Shown: in pieces, positions 8,684 to 18,039 of the stretch
How positions within the stretch are numbered: the stretch's first letter is position 1
How the letters are laid out: the number at the start of each line of letters is the position of its first letter
Source of the DNA: an uncultured Anaerolineaceae bacterium
GTDB taxonomy: Bacteria; Chloroflexota; Anaerolineae; Anaerolineales; E44-bin32
Direction: 5' to 3'
Assembly: GCA_964528155.1 (NCBI GenBank)
Contig: CAZGRL010000006.1
Span: 26,648 to 90,647 of the forward strand
DNA: 64,000 nt
Notes under the pieces: model-generated
What the model was told of the DNA's origin: nothing
The model's database searches: none
The model's input: the letters and a program-made list of their open reading frames with translations, nothing else
Position numbers and translations under genes: made by a program

Positions 8684-9053
8684 TCGGCTGCCTCTTACCC
8701 CCTTGATCCTCGAGGCGCAGCTGCTCGAGCAGGGCCTCAACACGTGCGCCTCGATCCTGCGAAGTGTCGAAACGGAAGCGCAGGTCGGGAAAAGCACGCA
8801 GCTCGATCTTCGCGGCCAGTTGACTGCGCAGGTGACCGCGTGCTTTCCGCAGCGCGGCGAGAATCTCCTCCCGATGCGGGCCGCCTTCTACTGTGCTTAC
8901 GTAGACGGTAGCGAAAGCCAACTCCCGATCAACCTCCACGTCAGTCACGGTGATCGGGGCCAGCCGGGGATCGGCGATCTGCGTCAAGAGCATCTCGGCC
9001 AGTTCGCGGCGGATCCGTTCGGCAATACGATGAGCCCGCGTATCACTAACCAT
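8673..9053 (-). CDS. rbfA: Ribosome-binding factor A
   Basis: 126 aa. RAHRIAERIRRELAEMLL and PITVTDVEVDRELAFATVYV. Confidence 0.9.
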   Translation of the reverse strand: MVSDTRAHRIAERIRRELAEMLLTQIADPRLAPITVTDVEVDRELAFATVYVSTVEGGPHREEILAALRKARGHLRSQLAAKIELRAFPDLRFRFDTSQDRGARVEALLEQLRLEDQGGKRQPSEE

Positions 9054-9065
9054 GCGAGACCGACC

Positions 9066-10859
9066 TCAAGCCGCGGCCACTTTCTCCTCGGTGTAGCAAT
9101 CCAGGATGTCTCCGGGCTGGAAGGAATCGAACCCTTTCACACCCACCCCACAAACGAATCCCTCACGAATCGCTCGCACGTCGTCCTGCTCGTGCTTGAG
9201 CGAAGCGATACTGCCTTCGAAGATCGATTCTCCGTTGCGAGTCACGCTTACGAGCGCGTTCCTGCGCAGCTCACCACGGGTGACAATGCATCCGGCGATA
9301 TTGCCCAGCTTCGGGATTCTGAACACGGCGCGAACCTGCGCCTGACCGAGAGCGACACGACGCGTCTCCGGTTCGAGCATTCCCTTGAGGGCCTTCTCAA
9401 TGTCTTCGGTCAGCCGATAGATGACGTCATAGTCACGGATATCGACGCCTTCACTCTCCGCCACCCGCCGCGCCGCCTGATCGGCCGTGACGTTGAATCC
9501 GATCACAATCGCATCTGAAGCCGCGGCCAACAAGACATCGTTTTCGGTGATATTGCCGGTTCCGCTATGCAGAATGTTGACCCGAATATCTCCGGCGACG
9601 AGATCCTTGAGCGAGTTCACGATGGGCTCCAGAGAACCCTGAACGTCAGCCTTGAGGACCAGGCGCAACTCATGGACTTCACCGGCCTGGAAGGCTTCGA
9701 AGATCTGCTCGAGCGATTTTGCCGCCCTGGGCCTTGTTTGCGTCTCCTGCTCCGCCTGTCTTCGATCAGCCACGATGGACCTGGCTTCGCGCTCCGAATC
9801 CACCACGGTGAAAAGCTCTCCTGAGACGGGGACGTCCGACAGCCCCAAGACCGAAACCGGCGTCGAGGGGAGGGCTTCCTCGGTCGGGTTCCCCTGGAAA
9901 CCGAACATGGCGCGGATTCGACCGCTGGATACGCCGGCGACGACGACATCCCCCACGCGCAGTGTTCCGTTTTGCACCAGCAGGGTTGCTACAACGCCCT
10001 TGGACTTGTCGAGCTCGCTCTCGATGACCGTGCCGAGAACCTTGCCCGCCGGGTTGGCGTTGATCTCGGTCGAGTCAGCCACAAGCAGGATGGCTTCGAG
10101 CAGATCGTCGATCCCTTGCCTGGCCTTGGCCGATACTGGGACGATCATCGTGTCCCCTTCCCAGTCATCCGGCTCAAGTCCGATCTCCGAAAGCTGATGC
10201 TTGACACGATCGGGATTAGCGTTGGGACGATCGATCTTGTTCAGCGCGACCACGACAGGCACGCGCGCCGCCTTGGCATGCGCCAGGGCCTCCCGCGTTT
10301 GCGGCATGACTCCGTCGTCGGCCGCCACGACCAGCACGGCCAGATCGGCCCCTTGCGCTCCCCGCGCCCGCATGGCCGTGAACGCAGCGTGACCAGGCGT
10401 GTCGAGGAAGGTTATCGGTCGTCCATTGTGGGTTACCTGATAGGCCGCGATGTGCTGGGTGATCCCCCCGGCCTCCCCTGCGGCGACGTTGGTTTCCCGG
10501 ATGGCATCCAGCAGGGTCGTCTTGCCGTGATCGACATGTCCCAAGATCGTGACCACCGGCGGACGGCGTTCGAGCGAAGCCGGCGCCTCATCGCCGATCA
10601 GGCGGCGCCAATGTGGCGCCGCCGTCTCATCTTCAGTCGTTTCGGCTTCAGGCGGGGCGAGCGGTCGGGCTTCAAACCCGAACTCCTCGATGACGATGGC
10701 CGCAGTATCGAAATCGATCTGTTGGTTGATGTTGGCCATCACCCCGTTTGCCATCAGTTGTTTGATGACGTCGATGGGGCTTGCTTCGATTCGTTCCGCC
10801 AGATCACGCACGGTAAGCGTGGAGGGGATTTCGATGACCTTATGGCCGTTCTCGCTCAT
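9066..10859 (-). CDS. infB: Translation initiation factor IF-2 (short N-terminus)
   Basis: [21 protein letters not shown] and the C-terminal IF2 domains. ATG 10859 is preceded by GGAGGTGAGACT. Confidence 0.92.
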   Translation of the reverse strand: MSENGHKVIEIPSTLTVRDLAERIEASPIDVIKQLMANGVMANINQQIDFDTAAIVIEEFGFEARPLAPPEAETTEDETAAPHWRRLIGDEAPASLERRPPVVTILGHVDHGKTTLLDAIRETNVAAGEAGGITQHIAAYQVTHNGRPITFLDTPGHAAFTAMRARGAQGADLAVLVVAADDGVMPQTREALAHAKAARVPVVVALNKIDRPNANPDRVKHQLSEIGLEPDDWEGDTMIVPVSAKARQGIDDLLEAILLVADSTEINANPAGKVLGTVIESELDKSKGVVATLLVQNGTLRVGDVVVAGVSSGRIRAMFGFQGNPTEEALPSTPVSVLGLSDVPVSGELFTVVDSEREARSIVADRRQAEQETQTRPRAAKSLEQIFEAFQAGEVHELRLVLKADVQGSLEPIVNSLKDLVAGDIRVNILHSGTGNITENDVLLAAASDAIVIGFNVTADQAARRVAESEGVDIRDYDVIYRLTEDIEKALKGMLEPETRRVALGQAQVRAVFRIPKLGNIAGCIVTRGELRRNALVSVTRNGESIFEGSIASLKHEQDDVRAIREGFVCGVGVKGFDSFQPGDILDCYTEEKVAAA

Positions 10860-10982
10860 AGTCTCACCTCCAGCGGGTACTGCCGGCCGTGGCGAGCGAG
10901 CGGCCCGCAGTGTCAATCGGGCCGTCGGCCGGCAACCTCCCGCTGTTCTTGCCCTGCAGGAGACAGACTCCCCCTCGCCATC

Positions 10983-11303
10983 TTACGCGTCCGTCAGCCT
11001 TTCCATGTGACTCTGTAGTGTTTGGCGATCTTCCGGCGACAGTTCAACATGAAGGGCCTTGGCCAGCGCACCCTTGAGGCCAGCCTGCCAACACGACTTG
11101 CGATCGTGGAGGTAGGCGCCCCGTCCAGCCATCTTCCCGGTCGGGTCGACGCGAACACCCTGTGGAGTTCGGACGATCCGGGTCATGGCACGCTTCGGCA
11201 GGACCATCCTGCAGCCCACACACGTCCGCTGAGGGACATGCTTCTGTCGCACAGCTTTCTTGGCCTTCACCCTCGTTTCTCTTGCGATCCGCACAGTGCC
11301 CAA
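10983..11303 (-). CDS. ylxR: YlxR/DUF448 family RNA-binding protein
   Basis: QRTCVGCRMVLPKRAMTRIVR and GRGAYLH. It sits between nusA and infB. Confidence 0.85.
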   Translation of the reverse strand: MGTVRIARETRVKAKKAVRQKHVPQRTCVGCRMVLPKRAMTRIVRTPQGVRVDPTGKMAGRGAYLHDRKSCWQAGLKGALAKALHVELSPEDRQTLQSHMERLTDA

Positions 11304-11316
11304 GGATTGGGCTGCA

Positions 11317-13290
11317 TCAGGGGCTGAATTCTTCCCACTCTCCGCCGCGCTTGCGACGTCGTTTCACGACCATCTCACCGGTCACCGGATCGTATTCGAT
11401 GTGCCTGGCCCCCTTCTTCTTCTTGCGCTTCTTGGGCGACACGACCCCGGTTTCTCCCTCTTCTTCATCCTCGTCGGTTGCCTCTTCGACAACTTTGAAC
11501 TGCTTTGCCAGTTGCTCAAAGGCCTGCTCAACATCAACGATGGCCGGAGCCGGTTCGCCAGTTTCGGTCACCTCTGCCTTGGCTTCTTCAGGGACTTCGG
11601 CCGCCTGCTCGATCTCAGCGCCGGCAGTCTCTTCGGGCATGGCTTCCGCCTCAACCGGGGCCACAACCGCCTCGGCGGCAGGCTCAGCCTGCTCGGCGGC
11701 CGCAGTGGCTTCTTCTGAAACCGTCTCGGCCTCCGCCTCTTCACCCTCGGGCTGTTCGACTTCCACCGGCGCCTCGAAGATCTCGGGAGCGGGGATCGGA
11801 TACTCAAAGGACTCCAGAACCTCGTGAAGTTCATCCATCGATTTCGGTCCGAACCCGGATAGGCCGAGGATCTGGTCGGGGTCCAGGCCCATCTTCTCGA
11901 GAACCTGGCCGGCAGTCTCATAGCCGGCCTCGTTCAGCAGGCTGAACACCCGTGTAGACAGACCGACATCTGCCAGCGGCGTTTCGTAGGCCCCGGGAGG
12001 AATGGCGGCCTTGACACTCTCGAGCTTTTCCAGGTAGTCCCGCCGGCGCACATCGCGTCTCTCTTCGAGGACTTTCTGCACGAGATCGACGAAAGCGGTC
12101 AGCACCTGGTATTCCTCGGGTGTCACCGGTCGCCCTTCGGCCTTCTTGGCCAGGACTGTCTCGACCTGGGTCACCCGCTCGGCTTCTGCCTCAGCCAATT
12201 CAGCGAGAGTGTCGTCGGTTGACAGACGGTTGAGAGCCTCGGCGGCGGCTTCGGGCAGGCTCTTGATATCAATCCGCCATCCGGTCAACCTTGCTGCCAG
12301 ACGCGCGTTAACGCCGGCGCGGCCGATCGCAAGGCTGAGCTGGTCCTCCGGTACGACGACCATGGCCGTCTTGCCTCGCTCCAGACCTTCATCGAGAAAC
12401 ACGCCCGAAACTCGCGCCGGGCTGAGCGCCTTGGCGATGAACGTGGCCGGATCGGGGTTCCATTCGATGACGTCGATCTTCTCATCGTTCAAATCGCGGA
12501 CGATGGATTGGATGCGCACTCCGCGTAGACCGACACACGCCCCGACAGGATCCACCCCTTCCCGTAGGGCGGCGACGGCCACTTTGGCGCGCTTGCCCGC
12601 CTCGCGAGCGATGGCCTTGATCTCAACCAATCCCTGGTTGATCTCCGGCACCTCCATTTCGAGGAGCCGACGGAGCATGTGCGGGTGTGTACGCGAGACG
12701 ACGATCACCGGGCCGCGCGAAGACTTGCGCACCTCGAGAACGTAAACCCGGATCCGGTCGCGCACCCGAAATTGCTCTCCCGGGATCTGCTGATTTCGCG
12801 GCAGGATCGCCTCGGCCCTGCCAAGGCCGACGGTCACCGCCTGCGGCGTGATCGAGTGCACGGTGCCATGGACCATGTCACCCTCGCGCTCGATGAATTC
12901 GTCGTATTGGGCGTCGCGCTCAGCCTCACGCAGTCGCTGTAGGATCACCTGCTTGGCAGTCTGCGCCGCCACCCGGCCGAAGTCTTTGGGGGTCGACTCC
13001 ACCAGGAGCATCCCGCCAGACTCGACCAGCGGATCGACCTTGCGGGCGATGTCCAGGGCGACTTCGGTCTGCGGGTTCTCGACCGAGTCAACCACCTCTT
13101 TCTCGGCGTACACCTTGACTTCACCCGTCTCAGGGTCGATCTTGGCCTCTACGTTCTGTGCTGTCGACGCGTTTACCGATCGACGGTAGGCCGAGATCAT
13201 CGCCGCTTCGAGGGCTTCCATCACAGTGTCCTGTGAAAGGCCGAAACGCTCTGTAATCTCGTTGAAGGCTAACGTGAATTCACTTTTCAT
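11317..13290 (-). CDS. nusA: Transcription termination/antitermination factor NusA with a long C-terminal extension
   Basis: NTD, S1 and KH1/KH2 regions are recognisable (MKSEFTLAFNEI..., RVAAQTAKQV, GACVGLRGVRIQ, AIGRAGVNARLA). About 310 further residues include one HhH-like module, an acidic tract and a KKRKKKK/RRRKR tail. Confidence 0.9.
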   Translation of the reverse strand: MKSEFTLAFNEITERFGLSQDTVMEALEAAMISAYRRSVNASTAQNVEAKIDPETGEVKVYAEKEVVDSVENPQTEVALDIARKVDPLVESGGMLLVESTPKDFGRVAAQTAKQVILQRLREAERDAQYDEFIEREGDMVHGTVHSITPQAVTVGLGRAEAILPRNQQIPGEQFRVRDRIRVYVLEVRKSSRGPVIVVSRTHPHMLRRLLEMEVPEINQGLVEIKAIAREAGKRAKVAVAALREGVDPVGACVGLRGVRIQSIVRDLNDEKIDVIEWNPDPATFIAKALSPARVSGVFLDEGLERGKTAMVVVPEDQLSLAIGRAGVNARLAARLTGWRIDIKSLPEAAAEALNRLSTDDTLAELAEAEAERVTQVETVLAKKAEGRPVTPEEYQVLTAFVDLVQKVLEERRDVRRRDYLEKLESVKAAIPPGAYETPLADVGLSTRVFSLLNEAGYETAGQVLEKMGLDPDQILGLSGFGPKSMDELHEVLESFEYPIPAPEIFEAPVEVEQPEGEEAEAETVSEEATAAAEQAEPAAEAVVAPVEAEAMPEETAGAEIEQAAEVPEEAKAEVTETGEPAPAIVDVEQAFEQLAKQFKVVEEATDEDEEEGETGVVSPKKRKKKKGARHIEYDPVTGEMVVKRRRKRGGEWEEFSP

Positions 13291-13454
13291 CCTTGCTCGT
13301 TCCTCACCCTTGCGGTGCCTGCGTCGGGATCGCTCGGCATCGGAATTCTTGGCACACGACAGGCCAAGTTGCAGACGACCCGGCTAATATGCAGAAAAGT
13401 GGGGGGATGCCCACTTTTCCAAGGAACCGCTCGATCCATACTCCAACCTTGCCG

Positions 13455-13483
13455 ATTCTAGCACACCCGCCGACCGCCTGCAA
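13455..13483 (-). promoter_or_regulatory. Candidate nusA operon promoter (TTGCAG-17-TAGAAT)
   Basis: On the minus strand: TTGCAG (13483..13478), a 17-nt spacer, TAGAAT (13460..13455). This leaves a leader of about 155 nt. Confidence 0.45.
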
Positions 13484-13625
13484 GGGATAGTGCCCGCAGG
13501 TGAATCTTGGTTTGGCGGGCAGCCGATCGATCCCGGCCTCACCAAAGACACCGGCCGGGGTGGCCTCCCACAATCTGTCCATTTTCAGGATGAGCTGACG
13601 AGACGGATACGCCCAGATTGCACTT

Positions 13626-13678
13626 TTGCCGAAATGAGATCGCAGGCGGCTCCGCTGCCTGCGATCTCATTTCGGCAA
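13626..13678. repeat. Perfect 22-bp-stem palindrome with GGC-TCC-GC apex (hairpin A)
   Basis: TTGCCGAAATGAGATCGCAGGC ggctccgct GCCTGCGATCTCATTTCGGCAA, located between divergent nusA and gyrA. Confidence 0.85.
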
Positions 13679-13823
13679 GACTGGAGTAAGGGGGTGAAGC
13701 AGTGCTACCTCAAGGTGCAGCCGATGATGCGCACTCTACGGACCCGGGGCCTGCGGTTTGACGGAAGCGGCGCTACCCCGTATCATTCCGGCGGCAAGAT
13801 GGCAACCCTCGAGGTGACATCCA

Positions 13824-16535
13824 ATGGAAGTTGGCATGGTTCGTCGCATCAACATCGACTCCGAAATGCAGCAGTCGTACCTCGATTACGCCATGAGCGT
13901 GATCGTGGCCCGCGCCCTGCCCGACGCGCGCGACGGGCTCAAACCTGTCCACCGGCGGATTTTGCACGCGATGCACTCCATGGGGATTCGACCGACCTCT
14001 GACTTCAAGAAGTCCGCCCGGATCGTCGGTGAAGTCCTCGGCAAGTACCACCCGCATGGAGACATGGCTGTATATGATGCGATGGCGCGCATGGCGCAGG
14101 ACTTCTCCATGCGCTATCCACTTGTCGACGGTCAGGGCAACTTCGGCTCCATCGACGGAGATCCGCCGGCGGCGATGCGTTACACCGAGGCCAGAATGTC
14201 CCCTCTGGCTATGGAAATGCTGCGCGATCTTGACAAGGAAACAGTCGGTTTCGCCGAGAACTTCGACGGATCCCTCGACGAACCTACCGTACTTCCGGCG
14301 GGTTCACCGAATCTGCTGGTAAACGGCGCGACGGGAATTGCCGTCGGAATGGCGACCTCGATCCCTCCCCACAATATGGGCGAGGTCTGCGATGCACTGG
14401 TTTACATGCTCGAGAACTGGTCCCACCTCGACAAGATCACTCTGGAAGATCTGATGGGGTTCATCCACGGTCCCGACTTCCCCACCGGGGGGATCGTGCT
14501 GCGCAGTCGCGACGACGCCGATGAGCTGGCTTCCGCCTATGGCACCGGCCGCGGCAAGATCGTTGTCCAGGCGCGGGCTCATGTCGAGGATATGGGGCGC
14601 GGTCGTTCGCGCATTATCGTGACCGAGTTGCCCTTTCAGACCAACAAGTCAAGTTTGATCGAGAGGATCGCTGATCTGGCACGCGCCGGACAGCTCGAAG
14701 GTCTGGCAGATCTCCGCGATGAATCAGACCGGCAAGGGATGCGGATCGTCATTGAATTGGCGAAAACGGCGGAGCCCGATCGAGTCTTGACCCAGCTCTA
14801 TCAGCGCACGCCGATGCAGAGCACATTCAGCATGATCATGCTGGCCCTCGTCGAGGGAGAACCGCGGCTGCTGAATCTACGTCAGGCGCTGAGGGTCTAT
14901 CTCGAGCATCGAGTAGAGGTCGTCCGACGTCGGAGTGCCTATGAGCTCGCCCGGTCATTGGAGCGCGCTCATATCCTCGAAGGACTGCGGCTGGCGCTCA
15001 AGCACCTGAACGAGGTCATCGAGATGATCCGGGGCTCGAAAGATGCCGAGCAGGCTCACCAGCGGCTCAGGAAACGATACAAGCTGAGTGAGATCCAGGC
15101 CAGGGCAATCCTGGACATGCCGCTGCGACGTCTGGCCAGTCTCGAACGCAAGAAGATCGACGATGAATTCAAGGAGACTCGCAAGCGGGTCAAGGATCTT
15201 GAGGCTCTCCTCGGCTCGGACAAGAAGCTGCGTGGTGTGATCGCTGAAGAACTTCTGCAGATCAAGACACAGTTCGGTGACCGACGAAGAACACAGATCG
15301 TCGAGGCGAAACGAGGCCGGAAGGCCCAGAAGGTCTTTCGGGCCGGCGATCTGGTGGCAGACAAGGAAACCTGGATCGTCCTCACCTCGAAAGGTCACAT
15401 CTCGCGTAGCCCGTCAGCCCGTTTGCCGCGGTTGGCCGGACGAACAGCACCGGTGCTTGTGCTCGGGGCCAACACGCGTGACACCATGTATCTTTTCGAC
15501 GAACGCGGCATGGCCGTCGCGGTGGCGGTGCATACACTGTCTGAATGCGACGATCCCGATGAGGGCAACCCCGTCGCCGGTGCCACGCCGTTTCCACCGG
15601 GAGTGGAAGTCGTGGGCGGGATCACCGTCCCGAAGGGCAAGGTCGGCTCCCAGGCCTTCTTGCTGGCGGCGACGGTCGGGGGGATGCTGAAGAAGAGCCC
15701 GCTGTCTGCGTTGCCCGGACCGTCGGCCAGGCCGTTCTCAGCCGTCAAGGTGACGGAGCCGGATCAGCTCGGATGGGTCCGGCTGACGCAAGGCGATGAC
15801 GAGATCTGCCTGGTCAGCAACTACGGTTCGGCGATCATTTTCAGCGAGGAGGATGTGCGCCCCATGGGCCTCGGTGCGGCCGGAGTGCTGGGCATCCGGC
15901 TGGACGAACCATCCGCCCGGGTCGTGGCGATGGATGTGACCCGAAGAGGGCCCGAGCTACTCCTGATCACGCGCGACGGCCTGGCCAAGAGGACCCCGCT
16001 GGCGCAGTTCCCGCGCCAACGCCGACATGGCAAGGGCGTACTCGCCTGGAAATCAGGAGAAGGGATCGAGCTCGCCGGGGGTGCAGTGGGAAGCGAGGAA
16101 GATCGGTTCGTCGCCCACCTGGCTAAGTCTCCTGATCGTTCAATGCGTTTCGCTGACGTCAAGCGAAGGTCGCGCGCCGGTGCCGGACCAGCTGCGGTCG
16201 CGTTGAAAGCCAATGACGAGATCACTGGCGTCACGCCGGTTATCTCGCGCGTGGAGCTGGATGTCAGAGTTGAAGTGGAAGAGCCGCCGGAGAAGCCCAA
16301 GGGCGCGCCAGAGCGCACGCGTGCGGGCACCCGCAAGGCCCGTGCGACGAAGGCCGCAACGCGTCGTCGCGGGGCGAAGAAGGCTCAAGCGAAGTCGCCA
16401 GGTCGAACGAGAGCCTCGAAGTCATCCAAACGCACATCGAAGAAGCGAGCGACGCGGAAGAGCCCCGCGCCCAAATCGAAGTCGCGACGATCATCCAAGG
16501 CCACAAGCAAGTCCGGCTCAAGGCGCAAGAAGTAG
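13824..16535 (+). CDS. gyrA: DNA gyrase subunit A with an 82-aa K/R/S-rich tail
   Basis: [26 protein letters not shown] (catalytic Tyr) and a QRRHGKG GyrA-box-like motif in the CTD. RBS GAGGTG lies before ATG 13824. Confidence 0.9.
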   Translation: MEVGMVRRINIDSEMQQSYLDYAMSVIVARALPDARDGLKPVHRRILHAMHSMGIRPTSDFKKSARIVGEVLGKYHPHGDMAVYDAMARMAQDFSMRYPLVDGQGNFGSIDGDPPAAMRYTEARMSPLAMEMLRDLDKETVGFAENFDGSLDEPTVLPAGSPNLLVNGATGIAVGMATSIPPHNMGEVCDALVYMLENWSHLDKITLEDLMGFIHGPDFPTGGIVLRSRDDADELASAYGTGRGKIVVQARAHVEDMGRGRSRIIVTELPFQTNKSSLIERIADLARAGQLEGLADLRDESDRQGMRIVIELAKTAEPDRVLTQLYQRTPMQSTFSMIMLALVEGEPRLLNLRQALRVYLEHRVEVVRRRSAYELARSLERAHILEGLRLALKHLNEVIEMIRGSKDAEQAHQRLRKRYKLSEIQARAILDMPLRRLASLERKKIDDEFKETRKRVKDLEALLGSDKKLRGVIAEELLQIKTQFGDRRRTQIVEAKRGRKAQKVFRAGDLVADKETWIVLTSKGHISRSPSARLPRLAGRTAPVLVLGANTRDTMYLFDERGMAVAVAVHTLSECDDPDEGNPVAGATPFPPGVEVVGGITVPKGKVGSQAFLLAATVGGMLKKSPLSALPGPSARPFSAVKVTEPDQLGWVRLTQGDDEICLVSNYGSAIIFSEEDVRPMGLGAAGVLGIRLDEPSARVVAMDVTRRGPELLLITRDGLAKRTPLAQFPRQRRHGKGVLAWKSGEGIELAGGAVGSEEDRFVAHLAKSPDRSMRFADVKRRSRAGAGPAAVALKANDEITGVTPVISRVELDVRVEVEEPPEKPKGAPERTRAGTRKARATKAATRRRGAKKAQAKSPGRTRASKSSKRTSKKRATRKSPAPKSKSRRSSKATSKSGSRRKK

Positions 16536-16557
16536 GTTGTGGGTCGATCCCTTCGGC

Positions 16558-18039
16558 TTACTTGAGCTCGTAGATGATTCTGTTCGCGCGTGTGGTGCAG
16601 GTGCACGCCTCAACGACTTTCGACCCGCGGCGCAGGGTGCCCTCGTACGGTCTTTCTCCGTAGTGCGCCACCCAGCCGTCCAAGATGAAGGGCAGCGCAC
16701 CGGCGGCCGGGATCCACTCGCCGTTGTACCGTCGGGCAAAATGAAAGTGCGTCCCCGTTGCCTGACCCCCTTCACAAGACGGATGACCGATCGTGTCACC
16801 CCGCTTGAGAGCGGTGCCCACCGGGACTCGATCTCTGTCGGCAACGTGGAAGAAGAGCAGGACCCACCCCGTTCGGTCATCGCGGTCACCGTCAAGATCG
16901 AGCAAGACGAGCGCCTCATCGCTCCGGGTCACCACGCCGTCGGCCGGCGCAGCGATCCACTCATTGGATGTTGCACATCCTCCTTCGGTGGCAGGTGGTG
17001 CGAAGTCCAGGGCGCCCATCGGAAGGCTCTCCCCCCATGTTGCGTGTGGGCCGCCGGTGAAATCCCAGATTCTGTTGGGCAGGAAGGGAAGACTCAGCTC
17101 CGGCTGGCGCAGATTGCCAGGAATGATTTCAGATTCCAACTGGGCCGGATCTCCCCAAAGGGATACGTACGTCTGGTAGAAGCCGTCAGGGCCGACAATG
17201 CGATCGAAGTCGGCCTGGCCGTACAGCGACGCGAAAAACATCTGAACGCCGACCGTCCCAGCATTCTGCCACTCATCGGGTCTCGTCATTCGCCCATCAG
17301 CCAATGAGATCGAGTCAAGCGTGCCGCCGCGCCAGCCATAGTAGCCTTCGTTGATCCGTTCGGCGGCCCAAATCAATTGGCGGTAAAGCCCGCGGTGAAG
17401 AGGATCACGGATTCCGAGCGGATAGATGGCATCATCACCTTTTGCGAACGGACGCGTGAGAGCGTGCGTCTGATACTCAAGGAGCGCCAGGAGGACTCGG
17501 GGGTGAATCGAATAGTTGCGCGAGGCGACGTCGATGACCTCCCAGGCGGTGTGTTGTCTCCCGAAAGCGTAATCTGTCAATCCAGAGAGAAATCCGGGAT
17601 GGCTGAGGATTTCCTGGCGGATGTCGAAGTCGACGGCGGTCGGTCCATTGACCACCTCACTATCCGGGAGGATGTGGAAAGGTGATCCAGTCAGCGGGGC
17701 GTAATAGGCCGGGACCCTGAGGGGGTATCCGGCCGGCAATGTGGTCAGGTCTTCGGGAAGGTCGGGATTAGCCGCAACGACCTCCTCGACGGACGTATGG
17801 AAGTGTGCGGCGACGGCCGACAGCGTGTCCCCACTCTGGGCCGGATAGTCGAAGATCTGGCCAGGAGAGAAGGCCGTACGAGTGGGCAGCGGGGTCGGCC
17901 CCGACTCAGCGACCTCAACGGCTGGGAGGGCCGTCGGGGAGGGTTCCAGCATTCCCACGTCACCGGCGGGTGCGCAGGCCACAAACAGCACCCCAACGAT
18001 CACGGACGCCGCAGCGCGCCTGACACGCATGGCGTTCAT
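16558..18039 (-). CDS. LysM + M23 metallopeptidase lipoprotein (paralog 1)
   Basis: Signal VGVLFVAC, LysM (YPAQSGDTLSAVAAHF), central ALLEYQ domain, M23 C-terminus (FHVADRD...GHPSCEGGQATGTHFHFARRYNGEWI). ATG 18039 overlaps the stop of paralog 2 (ATGA). Confidence 0.85.
   Translation of the reverse strand: MNAMRVRRAAASVIVGVLFVACAPAGDVGMLEPSPTALPAVEVAESGPTPLPTRTAFSPGQIFDYPAQSGDTLSAVAAHFHTSVEEVVAANPDLPEDLTTLPAGYPLRVPAYYAPLTGSPFHILPDSEVVNGPTAVDFDIRQEILSHPGFLSGLTDYAFGRQHTAWEVIDVASRNYSIHPRVLLALLEYQTHALTRPFAKGDDAIYPLGIRDPLHRGLYRQLIWAAERINEGYYGWRGGTLDSISLADGRMTRPDEWQNAGTVGVQMFFASLYGQADFDRIVGPDGFYQTYVSLWGDPAQLESEIIPGNLRQPELSLPFLPNRIWDFTGGPHATWGESLPMGALDFAPPATEGGCATSNEWIAAPADGVVTRSDEALVLLDLDGDRDDRTGWVLLFFHVADRDRVPVGTALKRGDTIGHPSCEGGQATGTHFHFARRYNGEWIPAAGALPFILDGWVAHYGERPYEGTLRRGSKVVEACTCTTRANRIIYELK

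Noticed and set aside
13304-13582. 92-aa minus-strand ORF in the position where rimP is often found upstream of nusA.
   Set aside because: It has no resemblance to RimP, contains the predicted nusA promoter, and has no RBS.
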